Virus record (IMG/VR): IMGVR_UViG_3300021478_000004
Span: 1-60,503 of that record
Source of the DNA: a virus
Lineage: Duplodnaviria; Caudoviricetes
Length of the DNA: 60,503 nt
Reading direction: 5' to 3' (one strand)
Part shown: one piece after another, positions 35,687 through 43,658 of the stretch
Position numbering within the stretch: position 1 is the stretch's first letter
Layout of the letters: every line of letters starts with the position of its first letter
Notes under the pieces: generated by a model
Database searches by the model: none
What the model was told of the DNA's origin: nothing
What the model saw: the letters and a program-made list of their open reading frames with translations, nothing else
Translations under genes and position numbers: made by a program

Positions 35687-35917
35687 TTGGGGCAAATGTT
35701 GGGGCAAAGCTTTCGTGCTGAAAAATATCTCTATTAAATCAGATGCTTGGGCCGGGCATATGGCGGAAGCCCGCTCCGCCAATCTATTGTCCATCCGAGT
35801 CCACGTGAGTCCACAAATAGCCGTTAATTCAGTGGATTAGACGGCTTAGTTGTCCAGATACGTCCATCGGCGTACACCCCGAGCCAGGACCTTAATTAGG
35901 GCAAATGTTAGGGCAAA
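35687..35917. mobile_element. attP of a P4-type tyrosine-integrase system, probably targeting a tRNA (Ser-like) 3' end
   Basis: Arm repeats TTGGGGCAAA x2 (35687, 35699) and TTAGGGCAAA x2 (35896, 35908); core TGGCGGA-N7-TCCGCCA (35761-35781); IHF-consensus AATCAGATGCTTG (35737-35749); GTCCA repeats at 10-bp spacing. Confidence 0.8.
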
Positions 35918-35935
35918 AATCGGGCGCAATAGGAG

Positions 35936-36223
35936 ATGAAAGGGATCATCAGCATGAGTGGAGAAATGATAGAACGCGTCGCGAAGGCCATTATCGACAC
36001 AATGTTCGAGGAGCACGAACTACCGCTTGAAGACGCAATTTACGAGAAGTATCTGGTAACGGCTGATGCTGGAATGTCGGCGCTTCACCAGCCTACCGAG
36101 GCAATGCTTGACGCCGCGCGCGACTGGTCGGCGAAGAAATACGGGGTAGGCATCGGGAATAAGGATGCAATCGGCTGCTGGCAAGCCATGCTCGCCGCCG
36201 CGCGCGGGAACCCGCCGACATGA
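35936..36223 (+). CDS. Hypothetical protein
   Basis: MIERVAKAI...PTEAM..A...WQAM..AA pattern common in alphaproteobacterial phages. Confidence 0.7.
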   Translation: MKGIISMSGEMIERVAKAIIDTMFEEHELPLEDAIYEKYLVTADAGMSALHQPTEAMLDAARDWSAKKYGVGIGNKDAIGCWQAMLAAARGNPPT

Positions 36224-36432
36224 AAACAACTCCGCCCGCCCCACCGTCCCAACGGGATAGCCGAGATGGAACTTATGGCTCTGCTAGTAATAATCCTGCC
36301 GCTGTTGGTGTGGGCTATTTTGCAAACTCAAATCAATTCTCTCGAAAAACGCATAATGGAACTCGAGAAGACCAGCTACCGCCTGAGCCTGCCCAAGGGC
36401 GCGGGCGGGGCGGCCTGATGAAAGGAACCGAC

Positions 36433-36930
36433 ATGCTAAAATTAATCATAGCCGCTGCCATACTGGCGATGGCGTCTCCGGCTTGGGCAGACGATGGCGG
36501 CGTTCCCCCGCTCATGTGCGGAGAAAAACCCTGTCTAATTGAATGCGGTGACGCTCATTGCTGGCGTTCTGGTGGTATCCCTACGGAAAGTCCGCAAGTC
36601 GATCGCTCCTGGCATCTCCTGACCCAGAGCGAAGGCGGAACGGTCTCGCTGCTGAAAGACTTGACCAAGCACGAATGCGAGTTCGCTATGCACCGAGCGA
36701 AAGGCGAGCCGGCAACTGATCAGGAAGTGCAAAAGGCGATTCAGGACAAAATAGACGAAGAAGCCCTCCTAGCACAGGCGAGGGAATTCTGCGCTAATCC
36801 AGAAACACCTGAGCCTAGGCGACAAAAGAATTGTTACCAAGGCGTGCCATTGTTTTACTTCATGAACCATAACCATGGCGGCAACTCGACTCAGCCCGGG
36901 GACATCAGGTCAGCGGAGTGCTTCCAATGA
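36433..36930 (+). CDS. Secreted Cys-rich protein
   Basis: AAAGGA RBS; MLKLIIAAAILAMASPAWA| leader; 8 Cys. Confidence 0.7.
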   Translation: MLKLIIAAAILAMASPAWADDGGVPPLMCGEKPCLIECGDAHCWRSGGIPTESPQVDRSWHLLTQSEGGTVSLLKDLTKHECEFAMHRAKGEPATDQEVQKAIQDKIDEEALLAQAREFCANPETPEPRRQKNCYQGVPLFYFMNHNHGGNSTQPGDIRSAECFQ

Positions 36931-36979
36931 AAGCCATCGTTGTGTGCGCCCTACTGGCGATGGCGTCTCCGGCTTGGGC
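36461..36979 (+). repeat. 28-bp direct repeat (36461-36488, 36952-36979) encoding LAMASPAWA
   Basis: TACTGGCGATGGCGTCTCCGGCTTGGGC occurs twice. Confidence 0.9.
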
Positions 36980-37562
36980 TGTCGACTGCGAGACGGGTTA
37001 TCTTTGGCGACCGGGGGATGGATGCGTCAAGAGCGATGCGGGCGGCGTTGGGATGGATTCCGCATGGTGCTCGGCCGATAATGCTCATTGGTTTCCCCCA
37101 CGCGATGACGGACTATGCCACGCAGAGGACGTCCCCACTACTTCCGGGCGATGGGTCGATATCCCGACCACCACTATCTGGCCTGATAGGCACGGAGGCG
37201 GCTGGCCTGACATGCGCGGCGGAGGCGCTGGGGGTGTTGGTGGTGGCCCATTCCAGAGAGTCATCGAAGACGCCCCAGGCTTAACCGGAGGCGGCGTAGG
37301 AACGCAGGCCGATTGTGGTTCAGGCTGGATTCTCATGAGCGACCATCCCCACTTGTGCTGGAAGGATGGCCTAGTGAAGAGATTTCCCCCAGGCTCGGTA
37401 TGGAGTGATAAATGCTCGGGTGACGGATGCGTGGGTGTTGGACATGGAACTATAGAATGGTCAAATCCAGTAGCGCCAATCTGCCCCGCCGGCGACGCCC
37501 TTCTTGCCTATCCCGGAACATGGACGCTTGTCTGCGCGCGAGATTTGCAGATTCCGAAATGA
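36927..37562 (+). CDS. Secreted Cys/Gly/Trp-rich protein
   Basis: MKAIVVCALLAMASPAWA| leader; 10 Cys in the mature part, in apparent pairs. Confidence 0.7.
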   Translation: MKAIVVCALLAMASPAWAVDCETGYLWRPGDGCVKSDAGGVGMDSAWCSADNAHWFPPRDDGLCHAEDVPTTSGRWVDIPTTTIWPDRHGGGWPDMRGGGAGGVGGGPFQRVIEDAPGLTGGGVGTQADCGSGWILMSDHPHLCWKDGLVKRFPPGSVWSDKCSGDGCVGVGHGTIEWSNPVAPICPAGDALLAYPGTWTLVCARDLQIPK

Positions 37563-37696
37563 GTGACTCTTGCGGACTAGTTCACGCCTTCGAATGGCAA
37601 CAATCCATATCATTAATAATTTGCTGTAACTTTGTCGCGACGGCGATGGTCATCATCATATTAACTCGGAGACGGAAGCGGGCGGGATAGGAGAGG

Positions 37697-37888
37697 GTGA
37701 AAATGAAGCTGGCAATTATTATCGCCTGTACACTGGCATCGGGGGCTTTCGCTGGTATCGCCGTGGTCATCGGCGTTAGCACCACAAAATCTAACCCACT
37801 TCTGGCAATCCCGTTCGCTTTCGTGTTCATGGTGGGATTAGCGGGGTCGGCTTGGCTTTTTTCGCCCGATGGACCGTTGGCTCGATGA
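37697..37888 (+). CDS. Small two-TM membrane protein
   Basis: AGGAG RBS; two hydrophobic helices. Confidence 0.55.
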   Translation: MKMKLAIIIACTLASGAFAGIAVVIGVSTTKSNPLLAIPFAFVFMVGLAGSAWLFSPDGPLAR

Positions 37889-37910
37889 TGCGACGGGAGA
37901 GGAGATAGCG

Positions 37911-38093
37911 ATGGAAAGCCAGGAATATCGCGATGGGATTGACGCCTTTAGCGCGGGGAAGCCGATTGAAGCCAACCCTTATGAGAACTACGAATGGAGC
38001 GGTTCTTACAACGATTGGAACCGCGGATGGCGAGACGCCAAAGAACAAGCCTCAGACGACCAGGATACTCGGGAAGGGCGCTATATTTCCTAA
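37911..38093 (+). CDS. RMF-like small protein
   Basis: GAGGAG RBS; Y.DG..AF..G....NPY.......W..GW. Confidence 0.55.
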   Translation: MESQEYRDGIDAFSAGKPIEANPYENYEWSGSYNDWNRGWRDAKEQASDDQDTREGRYIS

Positions 38094-38135
38094 CCTCCCC
38101 GCCACGCCTGCCAATGCGCCGCATGGGAGAGAGCG

Positions 38136-38249
38136 ATGGATCGATTGACTGACCGTCAGCTTAGATTGCTGCTAGTCGCGGCGATATGCCTCTGCATAGC
38201 CTGCATTACCGCGATGCTGGGTCCGCTGCCGAAGTTAGTACTGCCCTAA
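38136..38249 (+). CDS. 37-aa hydrophobic peptide
   Basis: GGGAG RBS; MDRLTDRQLRLLLVAAICLCIACITAMLGPLPKLVLP. Confidence 0.45.
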   Translation: MDRLTDRQLRLLLVAAICLCIACITAMLGPLPKLVLP

Positions 38250-38341
38250 CCCCGCACCGCCCACCACATCGCCGCCGCGAACAACAGCGTGCCCGTAATC
38301 GCTATGATCGCGGCGATGTGCGGAGAAGGGTGGGGGGTCAT
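38246..38341 (-). CDS. 31-aa hydrophobic peptide
   Basis: ATGA-coupled to the upstream gene; MTPHPSPHIAAIIAITGTLLFAAAMWWAVRG. Confidence 0.45.
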   Translation of the reverse strand: MTPHPSPHIAAIIAITGTLLFAAAMWWAVRG

Positions 38342-39201
38342 ACCTGACGAGTGTCGTTGTTAGGATGATAATAATTATTCGCTATATGTCCTCGTTGAAA
38401 GAACCCTATTATCGCAATGATGCCTGCACCAGTCGCGATGATGCCAAATATCCACGTTACCGTCTGATCTGTTCCTCCTTTATTACCTTCTATCCGATCC
38501 AACCGAGACTTAGTGTCTATGAGTTGTGCTTGCATCGAAGCGATCGTGTTCTGTGAGATAGCCAGCGGACCTTCAGACTTGTCTAGCCGAGATTTCAAAT
38601 CGGTAATCTGCGCCGTTTGCGCCGATATTTCAGATGACGCCAGCGTCCGTAGCTGTGCAAGCTGTTCTGTGGTCTGTGTCTGTGCTTTTTCGATTGCACT
38701 GGCGCTGCTCTTGTTCTGTTCGCCCACCGCCTCCTTCGCAGCTTGGAGGGCCGCCGCGATAGCGGTTGAGCTCGCCGCGGTTCGCTCTTGGAATTGTATC
38801 GCGAGGACGGAGAGCTTACCGCTCACTTCCTCGAGTTTTCCGCTCAACTCCTCTCGTTTTGTGGCCGCCTCCGATGAGATGACGGCGAGCTTGCTATCGA
38901 ATAGCGCTTGCACCCCATTGATGGCGCGGTCGACAATCGTCGGCACCCGAACCGAGTCTTCATGCGCAAGCTGGATCGCCTTTTCGATCGCGTCAAACCG
39001 GACGCCGTTCTGCAGGAGAACCGATGCAATCGCCCGATCCACGTCCAAGCGAGAAACTTTGTCGGTGTCGTTGGAATACTGATTGAACTGCGGTTGCGTG
39101 CTCGGCGGCGTGACCTTCCCGATAACAGGCGGATTGACATCCTGCGCCCACGCGCTGCCGGAGAGCACGACGATACATGCGGCGAAGACAAGCGCTCTCA
39201 T
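38338..39201 (-). CDS. Signal peptide, long coiled coil and C-terminal TM protein
   Basis: MRALVFAACIVVLSGSAWA|Q; heptads; WIFGIIATGAGIIAIIGFF. Confidence 0.75.
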   Translation of the reverse strand: MRALVFAACIVVLSGSAWAQDVNPPVIGKVTPPSTQPQFNQYSNDTDKVSRLDVDRAIASVLLQNGVRFDAIEKAIQLAHEDSVRVPTIVDRAINGVQALFDSKLAVISSEAATKREELSGKLEEVSGKLSVLAIQFQERTAASSTAIAAALQAAKEAVGEQNKSSASAIEKAQTQTTEQLAQLRTLASSEISAQTAQITDLKSRLDKSEGPLAISQNTIASMQAQLIDTKSRLDRIEGNKGGTDQTVTWIFGIIATGAGIIAIIGFFQRGHIANNYYHPNNDTRQV

Positions 39202-39587
39202 ATCGAAGGCAACCTACAGCCTCGGACGAACGCGACGATCTGCTTCGATGCGTCCTCGGTAATGATGCCAGAAAACGTGACGTGGCCGTACTGAGTGACC
39301 GTGATCGTCGTCTGGAACACCTGGATCGTCAGCCCTCCGCCCATTAGAGCCTTTCCGTCCTTCCTCGCTCGACTATCGTCGAGGTGATGCTCGTGACCGT
39401 CAATCCATGCGATGACCGTTAGCGGATGCGCCCGGTCCTGGTCCAATGTCACTTGATGGGATTCCGACGCATTGCTAACCGAGAACGTGACCGGCATCGG
39501 CATGTGGTGGCGACCTCGCAAGGCGATGGCGTCTGTTAGGCACGCGACCACGACCAGGATGCACGCGGCGAGGACGAGCGGCTTCAT
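39198..39587 (-). CDS. Secreted hypothetical protein
   Basis: MKPLVLAACILVVVACLTDAIA leader. Confidence 0.6.
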   Translation of the reverse strand: MKPLVLAACILVVVACLTDAIALRGRHHMPMPVTFSVSNASESHQVTLDQDRAHPLTVIAWIDGHEHHLDDSRARKDGKALMGGGLTIQVFQTTITVTQYGHVTFSGIITEDASKQIVAFVRGCRLPSI

Positions 39588-39596
39588 GCGGCTAGG

Positions 39597-39944
39597 TCAC
39601 GCCGCGAGGTCTGGCAGCCCACAGGCCTTGATGAAGGCCGCTAGCGCCGCGGATTGACTGGCAGGAACCGTACCTGCGTAGTGGACACCGGCTTGGGAAA
39701 TATCCAGCGCCACCGCATGATTGACTACATCGACGGTCAGGTTGACCTTGTCGCCCTTCCACACCCATATATCCACGAGGCCGCTGAGCGCATCGCCCGC
39801 GCCGTTAGCGGTGCACTCGTAGACGACATGTGGGCGGCCATCGACAGACGAATTGATCGTGCGCTTGTTGTTCGCGTCCTGCTTCACGACAATCCTATGT
39901 GTGCCAGCAGGAGATGTAACGTTGAGGATAACTTGGTTTGACAT
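39597..39944 (-). CDS. Hypothetical protein
   Basis: AAAGGA RBS; C-terminal FI..C.LP shared with 39198..39587. Confidence 0.6.
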   Translation of the reverse strand: MSNQVILNVTSPAGTHRIVVKQDANNKRTINSSVDGRPHVVYECTANGAGDALSGLVDIWVWKGDKVNLTVDVVNHAVALDISQAGVHYAGTVPASQSAALAAFIKACGLPDLAA

Positions 39945-40253
39945 GGAGAGGTTTCCTTTGGGTTGATGGATTATACTTACCGCGTAGAACCGATGGTCCG
40001 TGACGCCTTCGCCTCAAGCATGCGGACGCGCATCTCCAGCGCGTCGATCATCCTCACCAGGGTCGGAACCCAGACGCGTGCGTCCGACACGTCGCTGACC
40101 AAAACGCCGCAGGCATCTGCGGACGGGTCGGCGGAGCGCTGGTCCCGCACGCGGTCGCGCTCCTGGTAATCGGATGTCATAGTCGGGGCTCCCACTACTG
40201 CTATGCTCGCTCGCGTCTATTCGGTGTCTCACGAGGCGGGGGAGCCCCTTCTC

Positions 40254-40583
40254 TCAGTTCGGTGTGGGCGTAGGTGTCGGCTTAGGCGTCACGGTTGCTG
40301 CCTGCACGACCGTCCATACCTGCAACAGCGTTGCGAACGCCGAAGCTATGTCGGTCGGTGGATTGGCGCAGATCGCCTTGCCTTCCGCCTCGGCGGTGGC
40401 CACGGCTGCAGTCGGCGTCCCGACGATCATCGCGAAATAGCTCTCAGCCTTGTCGACGATGGCGCAGGCGGTCGGGATATCGTTTTTTGCCAATGTGGCG
40501 AGCGTATTGTTGATTGCGGTCACTGGCTGGCACCCCGCGAGTAGCGGGAGAGCGAGGCAAGCGGCGAGGGCGTATTTTTTCAT
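40254..40583 (-). CDS. Lipoprotein (possible spanin component)
   Basis: MKKYALAACLALPLLAG|C lipobox; near the lysis genes. Confidence 0.7.
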   Translation of the reverse strand: MKKYALAACLALPLLAGCQPVTAINNTLATLAKNDIPTACAIVDKAESYFAMIVGTPTAAVATAEAEGKAICANPPTDIASAFATLLQVWTVVQAATVTPKPTPTPTPN

Positions 40584-40804
40584 GTGAGGCTTCCTTTTGT
40601 CGGGCGTCGTGCCCCTAGCGTTCTGGATTATCTGGAGCAGTAAAAAGCGTAGGCCCACCAATCAATTCCACGGACCATATTTCTACTCCCAAAGACCCAA
40701 CCTCGATATTTGTCGGCCATAGGAGTATTGCTGCCGCCTTGGCTTCGTCTAAGCTATTCGCTTCAACAATAACGGTATAGAATTGTTGCTTGCGTAGCGT
40801 ACAT

Positions 40805-41017
40805 TCATATGTGGTCATGATACGTGGTCCCACGTGCGCGCCGATCGATCTCGGCGTTGATGTGACTAATAGCGACGTCAAACATTGTGGCGGCGGCGTA
40901 GTCGTGATGCTCCCGCGACCACGCGCGGAGCTTTATGCAATCGGCGAGGACGAGCGCGAGCAGTTGGCAACTCATCGACGCGGCAGTCTGGTCGAGAAGA
41001 TGAGCAAAATCTCTCAA
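40805..41017 (-). CDS. Hypothetical protein
   Basis: Coupled ORF. Confidence 0.4.
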   Translation of the reverse strand: MRDFAHLLDQTAASMSCQLLALVLADCIKLRAWSREHHDYAAATMFDVAISHINAEIDRRARGTTYHDHI

Positions 41018-41178
41018 AGCCGACCCATCAGGAGCAGGACAACGAGGATGATCAGGATCACGCCGACGATCCCGATCCCGCCGTGGCCCATGCCATAGCC
41101 GTAAGGAATGCCGATTCCGCCGCCGCCGATCCCTCCAAACAGAATCAGAACAAGGATGACGATTAGGATCAGCATCAT
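41014..41178 (-). CDS. DUF3309-like small membrane protein
   Basis: AGGAG RBS; ILIVILVLILFGG...YGYG..GGIG.V..IL..L.L.GRL. Confidence 0.7.
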   Translation of the reverse strand: MMLILIVILVLILFGGIGGGGIGIPYGYGMGHGGIGIVGVILIILVVLLLMGRL

Positions 41179-41191
41179 TGGCTCATATCTC

Positions 41192-41521
41192 CTAGTACGA
41201 CAGCGGGATAAAGAAGCAGCGGACGTCGCCGATCTTAGGCGGCGCGTCATGTTCCTGCCAAACAGTAACTCCGAAGAGCCAGTAATCGCCGTCCTGGCTC
41301 GGGTCCGTCTGTGAAAGCGGGATCACGCCATCGTGGCCGTCGACCAGATATCCGCCGTCAACGCGATGGACTTGCTCGGGCTTTAGGTGGTGGACGTCGT
41401 TTATACCACAACATCTCTGTGCGACCCACGCGGGAACCGGTTCCCCGTTGGCCCAGAATTTATGCGCAAAGGCACTTGAACAATTTAGAATAAGGATCGC
41501 AGCGACCATCATGTTGCGCAT
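41192..41521 (-). CDS. Secreted Cys-containing protein
   Basis: Leader ...SSAFA|H; CC..D, S.DG.YW, CFF.P. Confidence 0.7.
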   Translation of the reverse strand: MRNMMVAAILILNCSSAFAHKFWANGEPVPAWVAQRCCGINDVHHLKPEQVHRVDGGYLVDGHDGVIPLSQTDPSQDGDYWLFGVTVWQEHDAPPKIGDVRCFFIPLSY

Positions 41522-42129
41522 CGTCGTGCCTTTCCATTCACAATCCTGCAAACGTGGCTCGGAGATATCCCGTATTCGGATGCCAATCCTCTAATGGTCT
41601 TGCCGCCGCGGGAATGAGCGGCAATCACAGATGACATCACTTCATCGGAAAATCTTACCGCTCCGTAATAATTTGCCGTTCCATGAAGTATCTTGTCTTG
41701 TTCGTTCTCTACGGGCGTCGCCCAGCGGAGATGGCGGGGATTGACACACTTTCTGTTGCCGCACGAATGGGCGCTTTGATGTTGTTCAGTCGGGGCCAGC
41801 CCGTATGTTCTTTCGCATACAATGTGATTGGCCGTGCTTGTTGATCTGTTTCTGCTCCAAACTCCATATCCCTTGTCGCCGAGTGCGAAAGGCCACGGCA
41901 AGCATTCATCGGAATCGTGCGCTAGGATCGTTTTTGTCCAAAACTCCTCGATCGGACCTTCGCCAATGCGACATGTCGTCTTTCGCCCCAGACGAAACCG
42001 CTCATAGTGAGCGTGACACATCATTCTAGCGTAAAACGGTCTTTGGCAGTCGCCTACCGTGCAATGCTCGGGCGGCGATCTATTAGGCTTGCTAACGCGC
42101 GCGATTTCGGGCTTGCTCTGAGCAGCCAT
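41509..42129 (-). CDS. HNH homing endonuclease (paralogous to 26312..26896)
   Basis: C....C...CHAHY, C.PWP, AHSCGNRKCVNP.HLRWAT..EN..D...HGT. Confidence 0.85.
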   Translation of the reverse strand: MAAQSKPEIARVSKPNRSPPEHCTVGDCQRPFYARMMCHAHYERFRLGRKTTCRIGEGPIEEFWTKTILAHDSDECLPWPFALGDKGYGVWSRNRSTSTANHIVCERTYGLAPTEQHQSAHSCGNRKCVNPRHLRWATPVENEQDKILHGTANYYGAVRFSDEVMSSVIAAHSRGGKTIRGLASEYGISPSHVCRIVNGKARRCAT

Positions 42130-42251
42130 GACGGTCTCCAATCCAGATCGTTGTGGTTAGCGCCGTCGAACGTGTTGCAAGCACTTCGGCGGCGCGCCTT
42201 TCAGCGAAGTAACAATACGAGAATCGACCAACGTTTGCAAGGGATTCCGCC

Positions 42252-42596
42252 TCATCGCCCTCGCGAAGTTGACGGCACGCCAGGATCGGGCGTGAACACG
42301 ATCTGCACCGCGACTGCTGCGGGAATGCCGGCCTTGGCGCTGACGGCCACCGCGGCAACCTGAATGGTTTTATTTGCATAGAAACTATTCGCGATGTCTG
42401 ACATGATCGCCACGGCGGCCGTTATGTCGAGCAGCGGATTCGTCCCCTCGGCAAGCGCTGCGGCCAAAACCTGCTGAAATGGAAATGCGTCGAGAAACTG
42501 AAGGAACTCGTTGGCTGGCTTCGTTTGGCCCGACGCAGGTTTGATGCCGGCTATGATCGCCTGGAGGTATTGGCCGATCGTCGAGAGGATCGTCAT
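42252..42596 (-). CDS. Hypothetical protein in the lysis cassette
   Basis: ATGA-coupled to the holin. Confidence 0.6.
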   Translation of the reverse strand: MTILSTIGQYLQAIIAGIKPASGQTKPANEFLQFLDAFPFQQVLAAALAEGTNPLLDITAAVAIMSDIANSFYANKTIQVAAVAVSAKAGIPAAVAVQIVFTPDPGVPSTSRGR

Positions 42597-42889
42597 GCTG
42601 GTCCCTTTAACGGGTGATCGATTGCCGGAGTCATCGCCGTCGCCGGAACGACTTTGACCCCATTATTTGCGGTGTTGACGGCGGCAATCTGAGCGGTTGG
42701 CGTATGCGACCGCGTCTTGTACCAAGCCAAGCCTGCGGCTACGGCTCCGGCCCCTATCATGACAATGTCGTTCGCGAACGATGATTGATCGGCGGAAGGT
42801 ATCAGTCCTTTGCTGGCCGCCCATGCCGCAATGCCTGTCGCGGCATAGCCGGCAACCGTGGTCAAAATGCTCTTGAGTTGCGGGTCCAT
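42593..42889 (-). CDS. Putative holin (2 TM)
   Basis: Two hydrophobic helices; directly downstream of the endolysin. Confidence 0.7.
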   Translation of the reverse strand: MDPQLKSILTTVAGYAATGIAAWAASKGLIPSADQSSFANDIVMIGAGAVAAGLAWYKTRSHTPTAQIAAVNTANNGVKVVPATAMTPAIDHPLKGPA

Positions 42890-42977
42890 TCTCTTATCCC
42901 CTTCCCGGCCTGTTCCAGTGCGCCCGATCTAAGCCGGGATTGCTCACTTCTTCTCTGGAAGCGTGTAAGTCTCGCTG

Positions 42978-43433
42978 TCAGTCATATTGTTCAAGACCGT
43001 TGTGGTTGATCACCGCCATCAGCGCCGCGGGGTAGTTCGGAGCCGTGGCGTAGCCGCATGCGTGCAGGGCTTGGGCGTAGGCGTCGGGGGACTTGGCATC
43101 GATGCAACGCTGATAATGCGGGGACGTGAGAAGCGCGGCATGGGCGTCGAAAGCAGCTTCAAGGGAAGGGTAATTGGCGAACCATTGTTGCTCGGCGACG
43201 TAGCGATGACCGATATACTCGTGGGTCAGGACCAGCCGAGCTTGCCCTGACGCGCGCTGCGCCTGGGTTGCCTTTATGCCAAAAGGATTGTTCACCCCCG
43301 ACAAATGCGCGCCATAGCCTGATTCTACAGCCCACTGAGCGAGCGAGATGGACACGAACGGCCCGCGCGGTGAAAACTTGGCGTGGCTCGCGCGGGCGAT
43401 TGGGATGATGGGGAGAAAGCGGGAATCGGTCAT
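42978..43433 (-). CDS. Endolysin, glucosaminidase (GH73/FlgJ-like)
   Basis: LAQWAVESGYG, NNPFGIKA, T.EY, F..Y.S, GYATAPNY, L..YD. Confidence 0.9.
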   Translation of the reverse strand: MTDSRFLPIIPIARASHAKFSPRGPFVSISLAQWAVESGYGAHLSGVNNPFGIKATQAQRASGQARLVLTHEYIGHRYVAEQQWFANYPSLEAAFDAHAALLTSPHYQRCIDAKSPDAYAQALHACGYATAPNYPAALMAVINHNGLEQYD

Positions 43434-43648
43434 GGCTGTAGATTCCACCGCAGGATGTATGTCGTCTTGTCTTCGCGAACGCACTCATAATGCGGCAGCG
43501 TGCCGTTGCAGTCTCGCGCTGGCTCCTGCTCGCAAAATTCGCGCACAGTGTGAGCTGCAAGATCGGCCACCGGACGACAAATTGTCGGGCCGGGGAGGCA
43601 ACCCATCGCCGTCACCATCGTCGGAACGACCAGCGTGCAGATATCCAT
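43430..43648 (-). CDS. Small Cys-rich protein
   Basis: AAAGGA RBS; 6 Cys. Confidence 0.5.
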   Translation of the reverse strand: MDICTLVVPTMVTAMGCLPGPTICRPVADLAAHTVREFCEQEPARDCNGTLPHYECVREDKTTYILRWNLQP

Positions 43649-43658
43649 TATCCGTCCT

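Noticed and set aside
35761-35781. tRNA gene or terminator at the core palindrome
   Set aside because: Only a tRNA-like 3' end is present, with no T/D arms and no U-tract; no full tRNA was recognised anywhere in the window.
35687-35917. Short repeats as a CRISPR array or iteron origin
   Set aside because: Repeats are 5-10 bp with no spacer structure; the arm/core/IHF layout next to xis fits attP.
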